Shown here one piece after another: positions 9,001-19,042 of a stretch of DNA of 64,000 nucleotides. The DNA is from Candidatus Enterousia sp. (GTDB lineage Bacteria > Pseudomonadota > Alphaproteobacteria > Rs-D84). The notes below the pieces were generated by a model that was given only the letters and a program-made list of their open reading frames with translations, was not told where the DNA came from and searched no databases. Location of the stretch: assembly GCA_045613785.1 (NCBI GenBank), contig JAZLBQ010000004.1, positions 74,039 through 138,038 of the forward strand, written 5' to 3'. The position numbers and the translations under genes are program-made. Every line of letters begins with the position of its first letter. Positions within the stretch are counted from its first letter, which is position 1.

Positions 9001-10216
9001 AAAAATCAACAAAGACCGTGAAGAAGAAATTGCAATTATCGAAAAGGGCTTTGCTGATCAGATTTTCCAAATCGCAGAAAACCTGGAAATCGAAGCAGGC
9101 ACTGGCAGTTTGAAACCATTTGTTGGCAAGAAACTGACAGGCGAAGTCTTTGAAGGTGTCCGTGCATCTGATATCAAGAAATTGGTTGTCAAGGACAAAG
9201 AAGCCCAGGAAAAAATCGAAGAACTGCGTGAACAGCACGTTCAGAAATTAAAGATGCTGAACGACAAGGCTGATGCGGAAGTTGCCAAAGCGACTGAAAG
9301 CAATTCATTGAATGCTGGCGTTTTGAAGGAAGTGAAAGTTTACATTGCACACAAGATGAAATTACAGCCAGGTGATAAAATGGCGGGTCGTCACGGAAAC
9401 AAGGGTATTGTATCCAAGGTTGTCCCTGTCGAAGATATGCCACACTTGGCGGACGGAACACCTGTTGATTTAGTTTTGAATCCGTTGGGTGTGCCATCAC
9501 GTATGAACATCGGTCAGATTTTGGAAACTCACCTTGGTATGGCTGCCCGCACATTGGGTGCTCAGATTGGTGCAGTTTTGGACGAAGTCAAGGCCAAGCG
9601 TGCTGTAACTGACGATTTACGCAAAGAAATGGGCAAGGTATATGGTGCTGACGTTGCTGAAAAACTGGAAAAAATGACAGACACAGACGTTCGTGCCCAG
9701 GCTGCATTATTGCGTGACGGTGTTCCAATGGCGACACCAACATTTGACGGTGCGACATCCGAAGACATTCGTGGAATGTTGAAATTAGCAGGTCTGCCAG
9801 AAACAGGTCAGTTTGATTTGTATGACGGTATGACAGGTGAAAAGTTTGCCCGTCCAGTGACAGTTGGTATTATGTATATGCTGAAACTGCATCACTTTGT
9901 TGATGAAAAGATTCACGCACGTTCAATCGGTAATTATTCATTAGTTACCCAGCAGCCATTGTCAGGTAAGGCCCACATGGGTGGTCAGCGTTTGGGTGAA
10001 ATGGAAGTGTGGGCACTAGAAGCCCACGGTGCAGCCCACTTGCTGCGTGAAATGTTGACGGTAAAATCTGACGATATCACCGGCCGTAACAAGATGTATG
10101 AATCCATCATCAGCGGCAGTGATGATATCCAGACCGGCACACCAGAAGCGTTCAACGTATTTGTGCGTGAACTGCGTGGGCTTGGGTTAGCGATGACCCC
10201 AAAAAAAATTGATTAG
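6083..10216 (+). CDS. rpoB: DNA-directed RNA polymerase subunit beta
   Basis: SQLSQFMD, HKRRISALGPGG, GDKMAGRHGNKG, GGQRLGEMEVWALEA; ATG 6083 follows an AAGGA SD (the ORF track's TTG at 6017 lies inside the leader duplex). Confidence 0.99.
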   Translation: MAVIQKLRKSFGKSFLQTPLPDLVEIQYNSYKNFLQADVAPESRKDMGLQNVFKSMFPIKDYAGIAELKFVEYTLDKPVYNVKECMLRNMTYSSKLKLKLSLTLWDVAEDGTKSLRDIKEQEIFMGEVPLMTERGSFIASGVERVIVSQMHRAQGVVFATTKESKVAGNPTTYTARIIPEHGSWIDFEEAKGIIYVRIDRRRKVPATVLLRCLPSAQDEKKWAEDPRKPTIQGMSDTEILGVFYNRIPLAFDGKNWVGETASFQGLDKFSLNFDLLSTKGNKTILAKGDRLNGKNTKKLMAEQNFEIESEALEGEYLFDPVISGDEVIFPAGTEITEEVLKTLDELAIKEISLIAIDNKTVSAHIRNTLLADKTTNREEALIEIYNIIRPGERPTLEAAINLFMRQGFEPAYYDLSAVGRFKMNKRLKIDSGKKPEDERLLTKSDFLAVLKTLTNIIDRKDTVDDIDNLSNRRVRTVGELLEQNFRTGMVRIERLVREALSSQNIANMQPQDVINVKPLMSLVSEFLGTSQLSQFMDAYNPLSELEHKRRISALGPGGLNRDRAGIDVRDVHPTHYGRLCPIHTPEGANIGLINHLSTYARVNPYGFIETPYYVVKDGKVTSEMKYLTADEELGHKIAQGNTPTAKDGTFTEDTVTARVDGEFTMVSKDEIDLIDVEPRQVVSIATGLIPFVENDDANRALMGSNMQRQAVPLLRVQAPLVGTGIEREVARDSRTGKVAKHSGVVESVDANRIVVKCMNSRNVVTGVDIYNLEKFERSNSETIIHQKPLVKVGDRISMGDIIADGSSMNYGELALGRNVLVAFMPWRGYNYEDSIVISERISRDDVFTSVKIVEKEFKVRDTQLGPEALTRDIPNVGEEALKNLDESGIIYVGARVKQGDILVGRVTPKSETLLTPEEALLRNIFGEKALNVKDTSLRVGPNEEGTVIGVNVLTRHGVKKDERTQMIELQKIEKINKDREEEIAIIEKGFADQIFQIAENLEIEAGTGSLKPFVGKKLTGEVFEGVRASDIKKLVVKDKEAQEKIEELREQHVQKLKMLNDKADAEVAKATESNSLNAGVLKEVKVYIAHKMKLQPGDKMAGRHGNKGIVSKVVPVEDMPHLADGTPVDLVLNPLGVPSRMNIGQILETHLGMAARTLGAQIGAVLDEVKAKRAVTDDLRKEMGKVYGADVAEKLEKMTDTDVRAQAALLRDGVPMATPTFDGATSEDIRGMLKLAGLPETGQFDLYDGMTGEKFARPVTVGIMYMLKLHHFVDEKIHARSIGNYSLVTQQPLSGKAHMGGQRLGEMEVWALEAHGAAHLLREMLTVKSDDITGRNKMYESIISGSDDIQTGTPEAFNVFVRELRGLGLAMTPKKID

Positions 10217-10280
10217 TGGTTAGGCTTGGTTGCCACATTTTGTGGCAACCAAACTGACAACACTAATGACTAACCACTAA
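10212..10280 (+). other. Nested inverted repeat between rpoB and rpoC
   Basis: Outer TTAGTGGTTAG...CTAACCACTAA encloses inner TTGGTTGCCACA-TTT-TGTGGCAACCAA. Confidence 0.6.
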
Positions 10281-10315
10281 CAAACTCTTTAAGCGACTGA
10301 AAGGAGCGAAATATA

Positions 10316-13300
10316 ATGAGCAATATGTTGCAAAAGATATTTGGACAAATTGAAACCAAGGAACAGTTTGATGCACTTCGCATTACAATTGCGTCTCCCG
10401 AAGAAATTTTGTCCTGGTCCCATGGTGAAGTTAAGAAACCAGAAACAATTAACTATCATTCAATGAAACCAGAAGCCGAAGGTCTGTTCTGTCAGCAGAT
10501 TTTTGGTCCTGTCAAAGACTATGAATGTGCCTGTGGGAAGTATAAAAGAATTAAATTCCGTGGCGTTGTTTGTGAAAAGTGCGGTGTAGAAGTTGGGTCT
10601 TCATCTGTTCGTCGTGAACGCATGGGGCATATTAAATTGGCGATGCCAGTTGCCCACACATGGTTCTTGCGTGAAGGCAAGATTGCAACACTGTTGAACA
10701 ATCTGCCACAAAAGAAACTGGAACAGGTTATTTCATACGATGCATATATCGTAATTGAACCAGGTTTAACAAATCTGAAATTGTATGACGTTACCAGCGA
10801 AGACGAATACCAGGCAGCAGTTGAAGAATTTGGTGCTGACGCATTCCGTGTTGGCATTGGTGCCGAAGGTGTTCGTGAAATCATCAGTGGCTTGGATATG
10901 GGCGACGAACGCACACGTCTGCGTACAGAATTGGCTGAAACAAAATCAGAAACAAAACGTCGTGCACTGATTAAACAGTTAAAATTGGTCGAAGCGTTCT
11001 TGGATTCCAAGACAGAACCAGCATGGATGATGCCGGATATTATCCCTGTTATCCCACCTGATATGCGTCCATTGGTGACATTGGATGCAGGACACGTTGC
11101 TGCGTCTGACTTAAATGACTTGTATCGTCGTGTTATTATCCGTAACAATCGTCTGAAAAAGTTTATGGAAATGCACGCCCCAGACATTATTATCCGCAAC
11201 GAAAAACGTATGTTGCAGGAAGCGGTTGATTCATTGTTTGATAATGGCCACAAGGCACGTCCAATGGTATCTCAGAACCGTCGTCCATTGAAATCATTGT
11301 CTGATTCATTGCGTGGTAAATCTGGTCGTTTCCGTATGAACATGTTGGGTAAACGTGTTGACTATTCTGGTCGTTCGGTTATCGTATCTGGTCCAACATT
11401 GAAATTGCACCAGGTTGGTTTGCCAAAGACAATGGCATTGGAATTGTTCAAACCATTTGTATATTCACGTTTGTTGTCTGGCGATCATGCTAATACATTA
11501 AAGACAGCACGTAAGATGGTTGAAAACGGCGAAGATATTGTATGGGATATTCTGGAAAAGGTTATTTATCAGCATCCTGTATTGTTGAACCGTGCACCAA
11601 CATTGCACCGTTTGTCATTGCTGGCATTTGAACCAGTTTTGATTGAAGGCAAGGCAATCCGTCTGCATCCATTGGTATGTAAGGGCTTTAATGCTGACTT
11701 TGACGGTGACCAGATGTCTGTTCACGTTCCAATTTCACTAGAAGCACAATTAGAAGCACGCACATTGATGTTGGCATCGAATAATGTATTGTCGCCTGCA
11801 AATGGTAAGCCAATGATTGTTCCATCTCAAGACATGGTTTTGGGTGTTTACTACATCTCGTTGATAAACGGCAAACACGATGAAAAGTCTCCACGTTTTG
11901 CCAATATGGACGAAGTGAAGTTGGCATTGGATAAAAAGGCAATTACACTGCACACACCAATTGTTGCACGTATCAACGGCAAGCGTTATGAAACAACAGC
12001 AGGTCGTATGATTTTGGGTGAATTATTGCCAAAATCAGAAAATATGCCATTTGACCTGGTGAACAAGACAATGCCAGTAAAAGAAATCGAAGCATTGTTG
12101 GCAACGACTTATGAACGTTGTGGCGACAAGGCGATGATTTTGTTGGCTGATGCATTAAAGAACACTGGTTTTGAACAGGCTGCACGCAGTGGTATTTCAA
12201 TTGGTTATGACGACATTGTTATTCCTGCAGAAAAGAAGAACATGATTGAAAGTTCCGAAAAGACAGCCAAGGAAATCGAAGAACAGTATCAGAACGGTTT
12301 GTTATCAGGCAACGAACGTCACAATAAATTGATTGACTTGTGGCAGAAGACAACTGATGAACTGGCTGACAAAGCATATGATGCATTGTCAAAAAGCGAA
12401 GGCGACAACTGGAATTCTGTTCACATGATGGCGTTGTCTGGGGCTCGTGGTTCAAAGCGTCAGATTCAGCAGTTGGCAGGTATGCGTGGTATGATGCAGA
12501 AGCCAGACGGCTCGATTATCGAAGTTCCAATTATTTCGAACTTTAAAGAAGGTTTGACCATGTCTGAATACTTTACGTCAACCCACGGTGCACGTAAGGG
12601 TATGTCGGATACGGCTTTGAAGACAGCTGACGCTGGTTATTTGACACGTCGTTTGGTTGAATTGGCACAGAACACTGTCATCACAGAACATGACTGTGGC
12701 ACAGATGAATACATTACAGCAAAACCAGTTTACACAGGTTCTGTATTGTCTGTTCCATTGGGTGATGTGGTCTTAGGACGCACAGCCGCCAAGGATATTA
12801 TCCACCCAGACACCGAAGAAGTGATTGTTCCAAAGGGCGAATTGATTACCAAGGCAGCGTCCAAGATAATCAATGAATCTGGTTTACCATCTGTTGATGT
12901 TCGCAGCGTTTTGACATGTTGTTCAGACGGTCTGTGTGCAAAATGTTATGGTATGGACTTGTCACGTAATTCATTGGTTCACGTTGGCGAAGCAGTTGCT
13001 GTTATCGCTGGTCAGTCTATTGGTGAACCTGGAACACAGTTGACACTGCGAACCTTCCACATTGGTGGTATTGCTGCTGGTGGTGCAGACAGTCACTATA
13101 TCGAAGTTCCAGTTGCTGGTAAGATTAAATTGTCAGATGTGAATACGATCAAGAACAGTGCGGGTCGCATTGTTGTGGTCAACCGCAATGGGAAACTGGC
13201 GGTCACAGATGACGAAGGCAAAGAATTGTATAGTGCATCATTGCCATACGCAGCTGTTTTGATTGCAAAAGACGGTGATATAGTCGAAAAGAAGGCCAAG

Positions 13301-14431
13301 GTTGCTGAATGGGATCCATACTCAAACACAATCATCGCTGAAAAAGACGGTAAAGTATGCTATAACGACTTGATTGAAAATGTATCATATCAAGAAAATG
13401 TTGATGCGATGACAGGTATTACATCACGCAAGGTTATCAAATGGAATGATAACACAAAGAAGTCTTTGAAACCTGCAATCACACTGGTTGATGACAAAGG
13501 CGAAATCATTTCATTGGGTGGCAAAAAGATTGCTGAATACCTGTTGCCAACATACTCTGTTTTGAACGTCAAAGATGGCGATAAGGTTCAGGCTGGTGAT
13601 ATTATTGCACGTATTCCTGTCCAGACAAAACGAACAGGCGACATTACTGGTGGTTTGCCACGTGTTAATGAATTGCTGGAAGTTCGTCGTCCAACAAATC
13701 CTGCTATTTTGGCAGAAGTTGACGGAACAGTTGATTTGGAAGAAGCCAAGAACAAAAGCAAGATTATTGTTCGAATCAATCCTGCTGATGGTTCAGAACC
13801 AGTTGAATACATTGTTCCAAAGGGTGCAAACTTATTGGTCAGAACAGGTGATGAAGTTAAAAAGGCTGACAAATTGGTTGACGGTGATCCAGTGCCACAG
13901 GATATTTTGCGTATCTCTGGCCAGAAAGCATTGGCAACCTTTATGGCAGACCAGATTCAACAGGTTTACCGCTTACAAGGTGTGACCATCAATGACAAGC
14001 ACATTGAAATCTTGATACGTGAAATGACACGCCGTGTTGAAATCACCAACCCAGGCGACACCAGCTTCTTGATGGGGCAGGTTGTTGACCGTGTTGATTT
14101 CGAAGAAGAAAACGCACGTGTTGCACGTGACGGTGGTCGCCAGGCAGAACGTTCAGAAGTTTTGGTTGGTTTGACCCGTGCATCATTGACATCACGTTCA
14201 TTTATTTCGAACGCATCGTTCCAACAGACGACCAAAGTTTTGGTTGACGCTGCAATCAGTGGTTCAACAGACAAATTGGTTGGTATAAACGAAAACTTGA
14301 TTGTTGGTCGTTTGATACCGATTGGAACGGGGGCATATGTCCGTCGTGTTCGTGAAATTGCCCGTGAAGAAGAAAAAGCGGAAAAATTGGCTCGTGAAGG
14401 CAATGCCCAGCAGCAATTGATGGACATTTAA
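10316..14431 (+). CDS. rpoC: DNA-directed RNA polymerase subunit beta'
   Basis: Zn ribbon CACGKYK...CEKCGVE, catalytic NADFDGD, GEPGTQLT. Confidence 0.99.
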   Translation: MSNMLQKIFGQIETKEQFDALRITIASPEEILSWSHGEVKKPETINYHSMKPEAEGLFCQQIFGPVKDYECACGKYKRIKFRGVVCEKCGVEVGSSSVRRERMGHIKLAMPVAHTWFLREGKIATLLNNLPQKKLEQVISYDAYIVIEPGLTNLKLYDVTSEDEYQAAVEEFGADAFRVGIGAEGVREIISGLDMGDERTRLRTELAETKSETKRRALIKQLKLVEAFLDSKTEPAWMMPDIIPVIPPDMRPLVTLDAGHVAASDLNDLYRRVIIRNNRLKKFMEMHAPDIIIRNEKRMLQEAVDSLFDNGHKARPMVSQNRRPLKSLSDSLRGKSGRFRMNMLGKRVDYSGRSVIVSGPTLKLHQVGLPKTMALELFKPFVYSRLLSGDHANTLKTARKMVENGEDIVWDILEKVIYQHPVLLNRAPTLHRLSLLAFEPVLIEGKAIRLHPLVCKGFNADFDGDQMSVHVPISLEAQLEARTLMLASNNVLSPANGKPMIVPSQDMVLGVYYISLINGKHDEKSPRFANMDEVKLALDKKAITLHTPIVARINGKRYETTAGRMILGELLPKSENMPFDLVNKTMPVKEIEALLATTYERCGDKAMILLADALKNTGFEQAARSGISIGYDDIVIPAEKKNMIESSEKTAKEIEEQYQNGLLSGNERHNKLIDLWQKTTDELADKAYDALSKSEGDNWNSVHMMALSGARGSKRQIQQLAGMRGMMQKPDGSIIEVPIISNFKEGLTMSEYFTSTHGARKGMSDTALKTADAGYLTRRLVELAQNTVITEHDCGTDEYITAKPVYTGSVLSVPLGDVVLGRTAAKDIIHPDTEEVIVPKGELITKAASKIINESGLPSVDVRSVLTCCSDGLCAKCYGMDLSRNSLVHVGEAVAVIAGQSIGEPGTQLTLRTFHIGGIAAGGADSHYIEVPVAGKIKLSDVNTIKNSAGRIVVVNRNGKLAVTDDEGKELYSASLPYAAVLIAKDGDIVEKKAKVAEWDPYSNTIIAEKDGKVCYNDLIENVSYQENVDAMTGITSRKVIKWNDNTKKSLKPAITLVDDKGEIISLGGKKIAEYLLPTYSVLNVKDGDKVQAGDIIARIPVQTKRTGDITGGLPRVNELLEVRRPTNPAILAEVDGTVDLEEAKNKSKIIVRINPADGSEPVEYIVPKGANLLVRTGDEVKKADKLVDGDPVPQDILRISGQKALATFMADQIQQVYRLQGVTINDKHIEILIREMTRRVEITNPGDTSFLMGQVVDRVDFEEENARVARDGGRQAERSEVLVGLTRASLTSRSFISNASFQQTTKVLVDAAISGSTDKLVGINENLIVGRLIPIGTGAYVRRVREIAREEEKAEKLAREGNAQQQLMDI

Positions 14432-14437
14432 TAAAAA

Positions 14438-14470
14438 ATCCCGGGGGCAACCCCGGGGATAAAACTTTTT
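14438..14470 (+). terminator. Intrinsic terminator after rpoC
   Basis: GC-rich stem ATCCCGGGG-GCAA-CCCCGGGGAT with nearby A and T tracts. Confidence 0.7.
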
Positions 14471-14530
14471 CTTGCAAATCGTAATGATTTGAATAAAATA
14501 GGACAGTTATAACATAAAAAGGATAAAAAA

Positions 14531-14680
14531 ATGGCAACGCCAAAAAGTAAAACAAGTAAAGCCCGCAGTGCCCAGCGTCGTTCACACGATGCATTGTCTG
14601 TAATGCCTTGTGGTGTATGCAAAACATGTGGCGAAAAGAAACGTCCACATCACGTTTGTTCTGCATGCGGTGCGAAATAA
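14531..14680 (+). CDS. rpmF: 50S ribosomal protein L32 (49 aa, Zn-ribbon type)
   Basis: Not in ORF track. MATPKSKTSKARSAQRRSHDALSVMPCGVCKTCGEKKRPHHVCSACGAK; canonical position upstream of plsX. Confidence 0.97.
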   Translation: MATPKSKTSKARSAQRRSHDALSVMPCGVCKTCGEKKRPHHVCSACGAK

Positions 14681-14751
14681 TATAACTAACAACAAAAATA
14701 CAAGGCAGGATTCTGGGTGCATGTATGTGCCCGTTCTGCCTTTTTTAAACT

Positions 14752-15816
14752 ATGTCACACGAAAAAAAAATTATTGCTATTGATGCCATGGGCGGCGACA
14801 AAGGACCAAATGCTGTTCTTGGTGGAATGAATCAATATTTATACCAGCACGGCGAAAATGAAGTTTCATTTCGTCTGTTTGGTGATGAAAAGAAGTTGCG
14901 TAAATTATTGGCAAAATACCCCCGTGTTTCCCGAAATGTAGAGGTTATACACGCTCCGAATGTTATTCGTGGCACGGACAAGGTTATGGATGTTTTGCGT
15001 CATGCCCAGGACACATCGATGTATATGGCGATTAAGGATGTCCGTGAAGGAAAATCTACTGCCGTTATCAGTGCCGGCAATACTGGCATTTTGATGTCTT
15101 TGTCAAAATTGGCATTAAAGACGATTGATGGAATTTCACGTCCTGCGATTACAACGATGTTGCCATCTGGTGCTGGAGACAGCCGTGTAGTTGTTCTTGA
15201 TTTAGGTGCAAACGTTCATTGTGATGAAACTATTTTGTTTGATTTTGCCATATTAGGCAGTGTCTATGCCGAAGTAGTAGGAAAAATGCCAAAACCAAAA
15301 TTGGGCATATTGAATATCGGTTCCGAAGAAACCAAAGGCAATGAAACTCTGGTTCACTTGAACAAAATTCTGACGGCTAACAAAGACACATTACCATACG
15401 ACTACATCGGTTTTGTCGAAGGGAATGACATCAGTGCAGGTCGTGTTCAGGTTGTTGTAACAGATGGGTTTACTGGCAATATTGTTCTTAAAACCGTCGA
15501 AGGGACTGCAAAATTGATAAAGCGGGTTATTGTTGAAAACTTCAAGAAATCAATTCTGGCAATAATCGGTGCGTTTTTCTTGGTTCACGTATTCAAGCGG
15601 CTTAAAAACAAGATTGATCCACGCTCGTATGCTGGTGCTACATTCTTGGGCTTGCGTGGGTTTGCGGTCAAGACGCACGGTAACAGTGATGCCTTGGCGT
15701 TTGCAAATTCAATCCATTACACAGCCAAACTAACAAGTGCGAACTTAAATGGTTTGATTGCAGAACGGGCTCGTGCATTGGCTGATGTTCGTGCTACAAT
15801 CAAGAACGAAGAATAA
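14752..15816 (+). CDS. plsX: Phosphate acyltransferase PlsX
   Basis: IAIDAMGGD, SAGNTG, LDLGAN, LNIGSEETKG, DGFTGN. Confidence 0.97.
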   Translation: MSHEKKIIAIDAMGGDKGPNAVLGGMNQYLYQHGENEVSFRLFGDEKKLRKLLAKYPRVSRNVEVIHAPNVIRGTDKVMDVLRHAQDTSMYMAIKDVREGKSTAVISAGNTGILMSLSKLALKTIDGISRPAITTMLPSGAGDSRVVVLDLGANVHCDETILFDFAILGSVYAEVVGKMPKPKLGILNIGSEETKGNETLVHLNKILTANKDTLPYDYIGFVEGNDISAGRVQVVVTDGFTGNIVLKTVEGTAKLIKRVIVENFKKSILAIIGAFFLVHVFKRLKNKIDPRSYAGATFLGLRGFAVKTHGNSDALAFANSIHYTAKLTSANLNGLIAERARALADVRATIKNEE

Positions 15817-15842
15817 TTATAAACATACAAGGAAGAATATAT

Positions 15843-16439
15843 ATGTTGAAAAAAACAGACGTTGTTTTGTTTGATTTTGATGGAACTCTTTCTGCGCTGG
15901 ATTCAAATATTGAATTTGCGAAATATTGTTTTCGTCGCAGCCTTCGTCCCTGGCTTTTTTTACCATTGATGGGGATTAGTGGAATTTGCCGTTGGGTTCG
16001 TCCAAATGGTGTTTGGTGGCGTGAAAACATCCGTCGTTTTATGACACCTGAAATGGTTCGTCGTTTTGCACCTGGTTTTATAAAGCAGCACAAACGTGAA
16101 CGTTTTGGTTGGGCCAAAGAACGTGTTCAGTCCGAACGTGATGCTGGTCGCAAAGTATTGCTAATATCTGCTAGCACAGATTATTTAATCCCAGGGCTTG
16201 TTCGTGATATGAAATTTGATGCGGTATTTTGTTCAAAAATGGACGCAAAAAAACCATGGCGTTATAAGTTCTTGTGTTGGGGCGAAAACAAAGTTATCGC
16301 AATGGATGAATGGGCGAAAGAAAACAAAATTATTCCAAATGTTGTTCGTGCCTATTCGGACAGTAAATCAGACTTGCCGATGATGGAATTGGCTCAAGAA
16401 CAGGTCTGGATTGACAAGAAAACAGGTCTAAGAAAATAA
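15843..16439 (+). CDS. HAD-IB family phosphatase (PgpC-like, possibly lipid phosphatase)
   Basis: Motif I FDFDGTL, motif II ISAS, C-x-G-E-N-K, motif IV AYSDSKSD. Confidence 0.85.
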   Translation: MLKKTDVVLFDFDGTLSALDSNIEFAKYCFRRSLRPWLFLPLMGISGICRWVRPNGVWWRENIRRFMTPEMVRRFAPGFIKQHKRERFGWAKERVQSERDAGRKVLLISASTDYLIPGLVRDMKFDAVFCSKMDAKKPWRYKFLCWGENKVIAMDEWAKENKIIPNVVRAYSDSKSDLPMMELAQEQVWIDKKTGLRK

Positions 16440-16479
16440 GCCTGGTGCATTATTGCTAAAACAATGTTAAAGTGTTTCT

Positions 16480-16785
16480 ATGGTCTTGGTAGAAACACTT
16501 TTTGATTTACTTAGTGCATCTTTTGGTGCGATTTGTGGTGCTGTATTTGCGTTTTTTCTAAATCGCAAGCGTAACAAGTCGATGGCAACCCAGTTGGTTG
16601 TCAGCCGTCAGGCACTGGAAAAGATAAAGCTTGAAAACCAAGATTTGTTGCATCAGGTTCAAGACAAAGAGAATTTGATTCTGCAACTGCAACTGCAAAT
16701 TTTGGGCAAGCATACAAATCCGCCAGATGGTTCGCAGGACGAAAAACAAAAATCTAAACCCAGAAAAAATAAAAAGAAAAAATAA
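16480..16785 (+). CDS. Hypothetical membrane-anchored coiled-coil protein
   Basis: N-terminal TM, heptad-like Leu/Gln segment, Lys-rich tail; own putative promoter and a downstream terminator. Confidence 0.7.
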   Translation: MVLVETLFDLLSASFGAICGAVFAFFLNRKRNKSMATQLVVSRQALEKIKLENQDLLHQVQDKENLILQLQLQILGKHTNPPDGSQDEKQKSKPRKNKKKK

Positions 16786-16806
16786 CCGGCATATTTGCCG
16801 GTTTTT
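16784..16806. terminator. Terminator between convergent genes
   Basis: AACCGGCA-TATT-TGCCGGTT followed by T tract. Confidence 0.7.
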
Positions 16807-16808
16807 CA

Positions 16809-17687
16809 TTATTCTTCACCGAAATCCATATTACGCAGTTTTTCTGCCCGTGGGGCGATTTTGCCAACAGAAATTTGAATTTTATCCAGGTCTGCATTAG
16901 CCAGTGCAAAGTGTTTTTCAATATCGTTTGCCCGCTCGTTCAGACGGGTTAAATCGCCCAACAGTGCGTCTAGTTCTGTTTTTATCTTTGCGGCAACACG
17001 TTTTATCTTGATATCAGACAATACTGCCCTGATTGTGTTTAACGTTGCCCACAGTGTTGCAGGTGATACAATAAATACTTTCTGGTGTGCTGCATAATCA
17101 ATTGTTGCTGGAAAGTTTCTGTGCAGCAATTCGAAAATAGATTCCGATGCGATAAACATCATTGCGGATTCTGCAGTTTGACCAGGGATAATATATTTTT
17201 CTGCGATTGCATCAATATGTCTTCGAACATCTTGTTCGAATTGTTTTTTTGCCAAGGCATCATTACCGTCTGCCATCATACGGTTATAACTTTCAAGTGG
17301 GAACTTGCTGTCAATTACCATGTCGCCGGGTGGATAGGGCAATCTGATAACACAGTCTGGTCGCACGCCGCCTGGCAAAACGTGTTGAAATGCGTATGTT
17401 TCAGGTGGCATAATATCCCGCACCAAATCTTCCAGTTGACGTTCGCCAAATGTTCCACGTGCTTGTTTGTTTCCCATCAATATATTTTTAAAGTTTGCGA
17501 TGTCGGCACTTATATTTTTCAGTTCAATAGCATTTTGGTTCAAAGCCCCCAATCGTTCTGCCAATCTTTCACGCAGGCGTGCATTATCTTCACGCAGTGG
17601 CGAAAAGTCTAACACAGGGCGTCGCATTAAAATAGCCAGCAACAATAAAATAATAATGAATAACAATACAAAAATATAAGTTGTCAT
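16809..17687 (-). CDS. rmuC: DNA recombination protein RmuC
   Basis: RGTFGERQLE, RPDCVIRLP, IDSKFPL, IAEKYI, AMMFIASE, VSPATL. Confidence 0.93.
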   Translation of the reverse strand: MTTYIFVLLFIIILLLLAILMRRPVLDFSPLREDNARLRERLAERLGALNQNAIELKNISADIANFKNILMGNKQARGTFGERQLEDLVRDIMPPETYAFQHVLPGGVRPDCVIRLPYPPGDMVIDSKFPLESYNRMMADGNDALAKKQFEQDVRRHIDAIAEKYIIPGQTAESAMMFIASESIFELLHRNFPATIDYAAHQKVFIVSPATLWATLNTIRAVLSDIKIKRVAAKIKTELDALLGDLTRLNERANDIEKHFALANADLDKIQISVGKIAPRAEKLRNMDFGEE

Positions 17688-17728
17688 TTCCTAATCCTTT
17701 GCTATGATTATTATAAGAGGTTTTAATA

Positions 17729-18229
17729 ATGTTGCAAATGAAACTTTGTGGTGATTTAGTTTTACGAACAGTTTGTTCGCCTGTTGAATCCATAACGCCT
17801 GATTTATTGGCGACAATGGACGAAATGGTTGAAATGATGCGTGAACAGAACGGGGTCGGCTTAGCGGCACCCCAGGTTGGTATTCTTTCACGTTTTTTGG
17901 TAATGATGGATCCGGACAGTGAAACGGTTTATCGCATGATAAATCCACGTATTTTATCACACAGTTCTTCGACTTGCACAATGGAAGAAGGTTGCTTGTC
18001 TGTTTTGGGGATGGACGGTTTGCCAGTTTATGCAAATGTTACACGTCCTGACAGTGTTATCGTTGAATGGACAGATGAAGCAGGTGAAACAAAGACTGCT
18101 CAGATGTCTGGTGTTCCTGCTAGGATTGTTCAGCACGAAACAGACCATTTGGACGGAAAGTTGTTTGTTGATTATTTATCTCCTTTGCGTCGTGAAATGG
18201 TTATGCGTAAAGTAAAAAAACGGAAATAA
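17729..18229 (+). CDS. def: Peptide deformylase
   Basis: GVGLAAPQVG, EGCLS, QHETDHLDG. Confidence 0.97.
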   Translation: MLQMKLCGDLVLRTVCSPVESITPDLLATMDEMVEMMREQNGVGLAAPQVGILSRFLVMMDPDSETVYRMINPRILSHSSSTCTMEEGCLSVLGMDGLPVYANVTRPDSVIVEWTDEAGETKTAQMSGVPARIVQHETDHLDGKLFVDYLSPLRREMVMRKVKKRK

Positions 18230-18230
18230 A

Positions 18231-19037
18231 ATGAAGTTAGTTTTAATGGGAACAAACGCATTTGTCGTCCCTATTTTTGACGCTATATTAAAAGCAGGCC
18301 ATGAAATAGAGGCTGTATTTACTCGTGCTCCAAAACCAACAGGACGCAAGCGGATTTTAACACCATCACCGGTTCACACCTGGGCAAATGAAAACGGCTT
18401 GCAGGTTCACACAAGTATCAAGGAATATAATTATACCCCAGATATGGTTGTTGTTATATCATACGGTGTTATTTTGCGTGAAAATGTTCTAGGGTCTGCA
18501 CCGTGTGTAAATCTGCACCCTAGCTTACTGCCAGCGTATCGTGGACCGTCGCCAATACGCACAGCGATTTATAGCGGGGATAAAAAGTCGGGTGTATGCC
18601 TGATGACAATGACACCAGAACTTGATGCAGGCGATGTCTTTGCGTGCCGTGAATTTGAAATCGGTATTGATGACACTAATGATGACATAGAACATCGTGT
18701 TTCCGAAATAGGCTCGCAAATGTTGGTTGAATACTTGTCGTCGCCATCAGCCTATGTTGCAGAACCTCAGGTTGGTAATCCTACGTTTACATGCAAGTGG
18801 ACTGGCGATGATGAAATAATAGATTGGTCGAAATCTGCCAGTCAAATTCATAACCAGATTCGTGCGCTGGGTTGTGGTCGCACGACTATAAACGGTATTG
18901 AAGTCAAAATCTTAAAGACCAAGTTAAATGGCGGCACATTGGAAATAGTGCAATTGCAACCTGCTGGTAAGAAACCGATGGACTGGAAAAGTTTTGTAAA
19001 TGGTCTGCATGGTGCACCGACAAAATTAGGGGAATAG
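18231..19037 (+). CDS. fmt: Methionyl-tRNA formyltransferase (compact)
   Basis: MGTNAF, NLHPSLLPAYRGPSPI, LDAGD, QPAGKKPM. Confidence 0.95.
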   Translation: MKLVLMGTNAFVVPIFDAILKAGHEIEAVFTRAPKPTGRKRILTPSPVHTWANENGLQVHTSIKEYNYTPDMVVVISYGVILRENVLGSAPCVNLHPSLLPAYRGPSPIRTAIYSGDKKSGVCLMTMTPELDAGDVFACREFEIGIDDTNDDIEHRVSEIGSQMLVEYLSSPSAYVAEPQVGNPTFTCKWTGDDEIIDWSKSASQIHNQIRALGCGRTTINGIEVKILKTKLNGGTLEIVQLQPAGKKPMDWKSFVNGLHGAPTKLGE

Positions 19038-19042
19038 AAAAA

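Noticed and set aside
3032-14427. Long antisense ORFs over rpl/rpo genes (e.g. 3032-3784, 10519-11253)
   Set aside because: Shadow frames caused by codon bias of highly expressed genes; no motifs or SD.
14762-14770. A9 tract in plsX (also 49042-49050) as a phase-variation switch
   Set aside because: In-frame Glu-Lys-Lys coding in a housekeeping gene; explained by codon bias.
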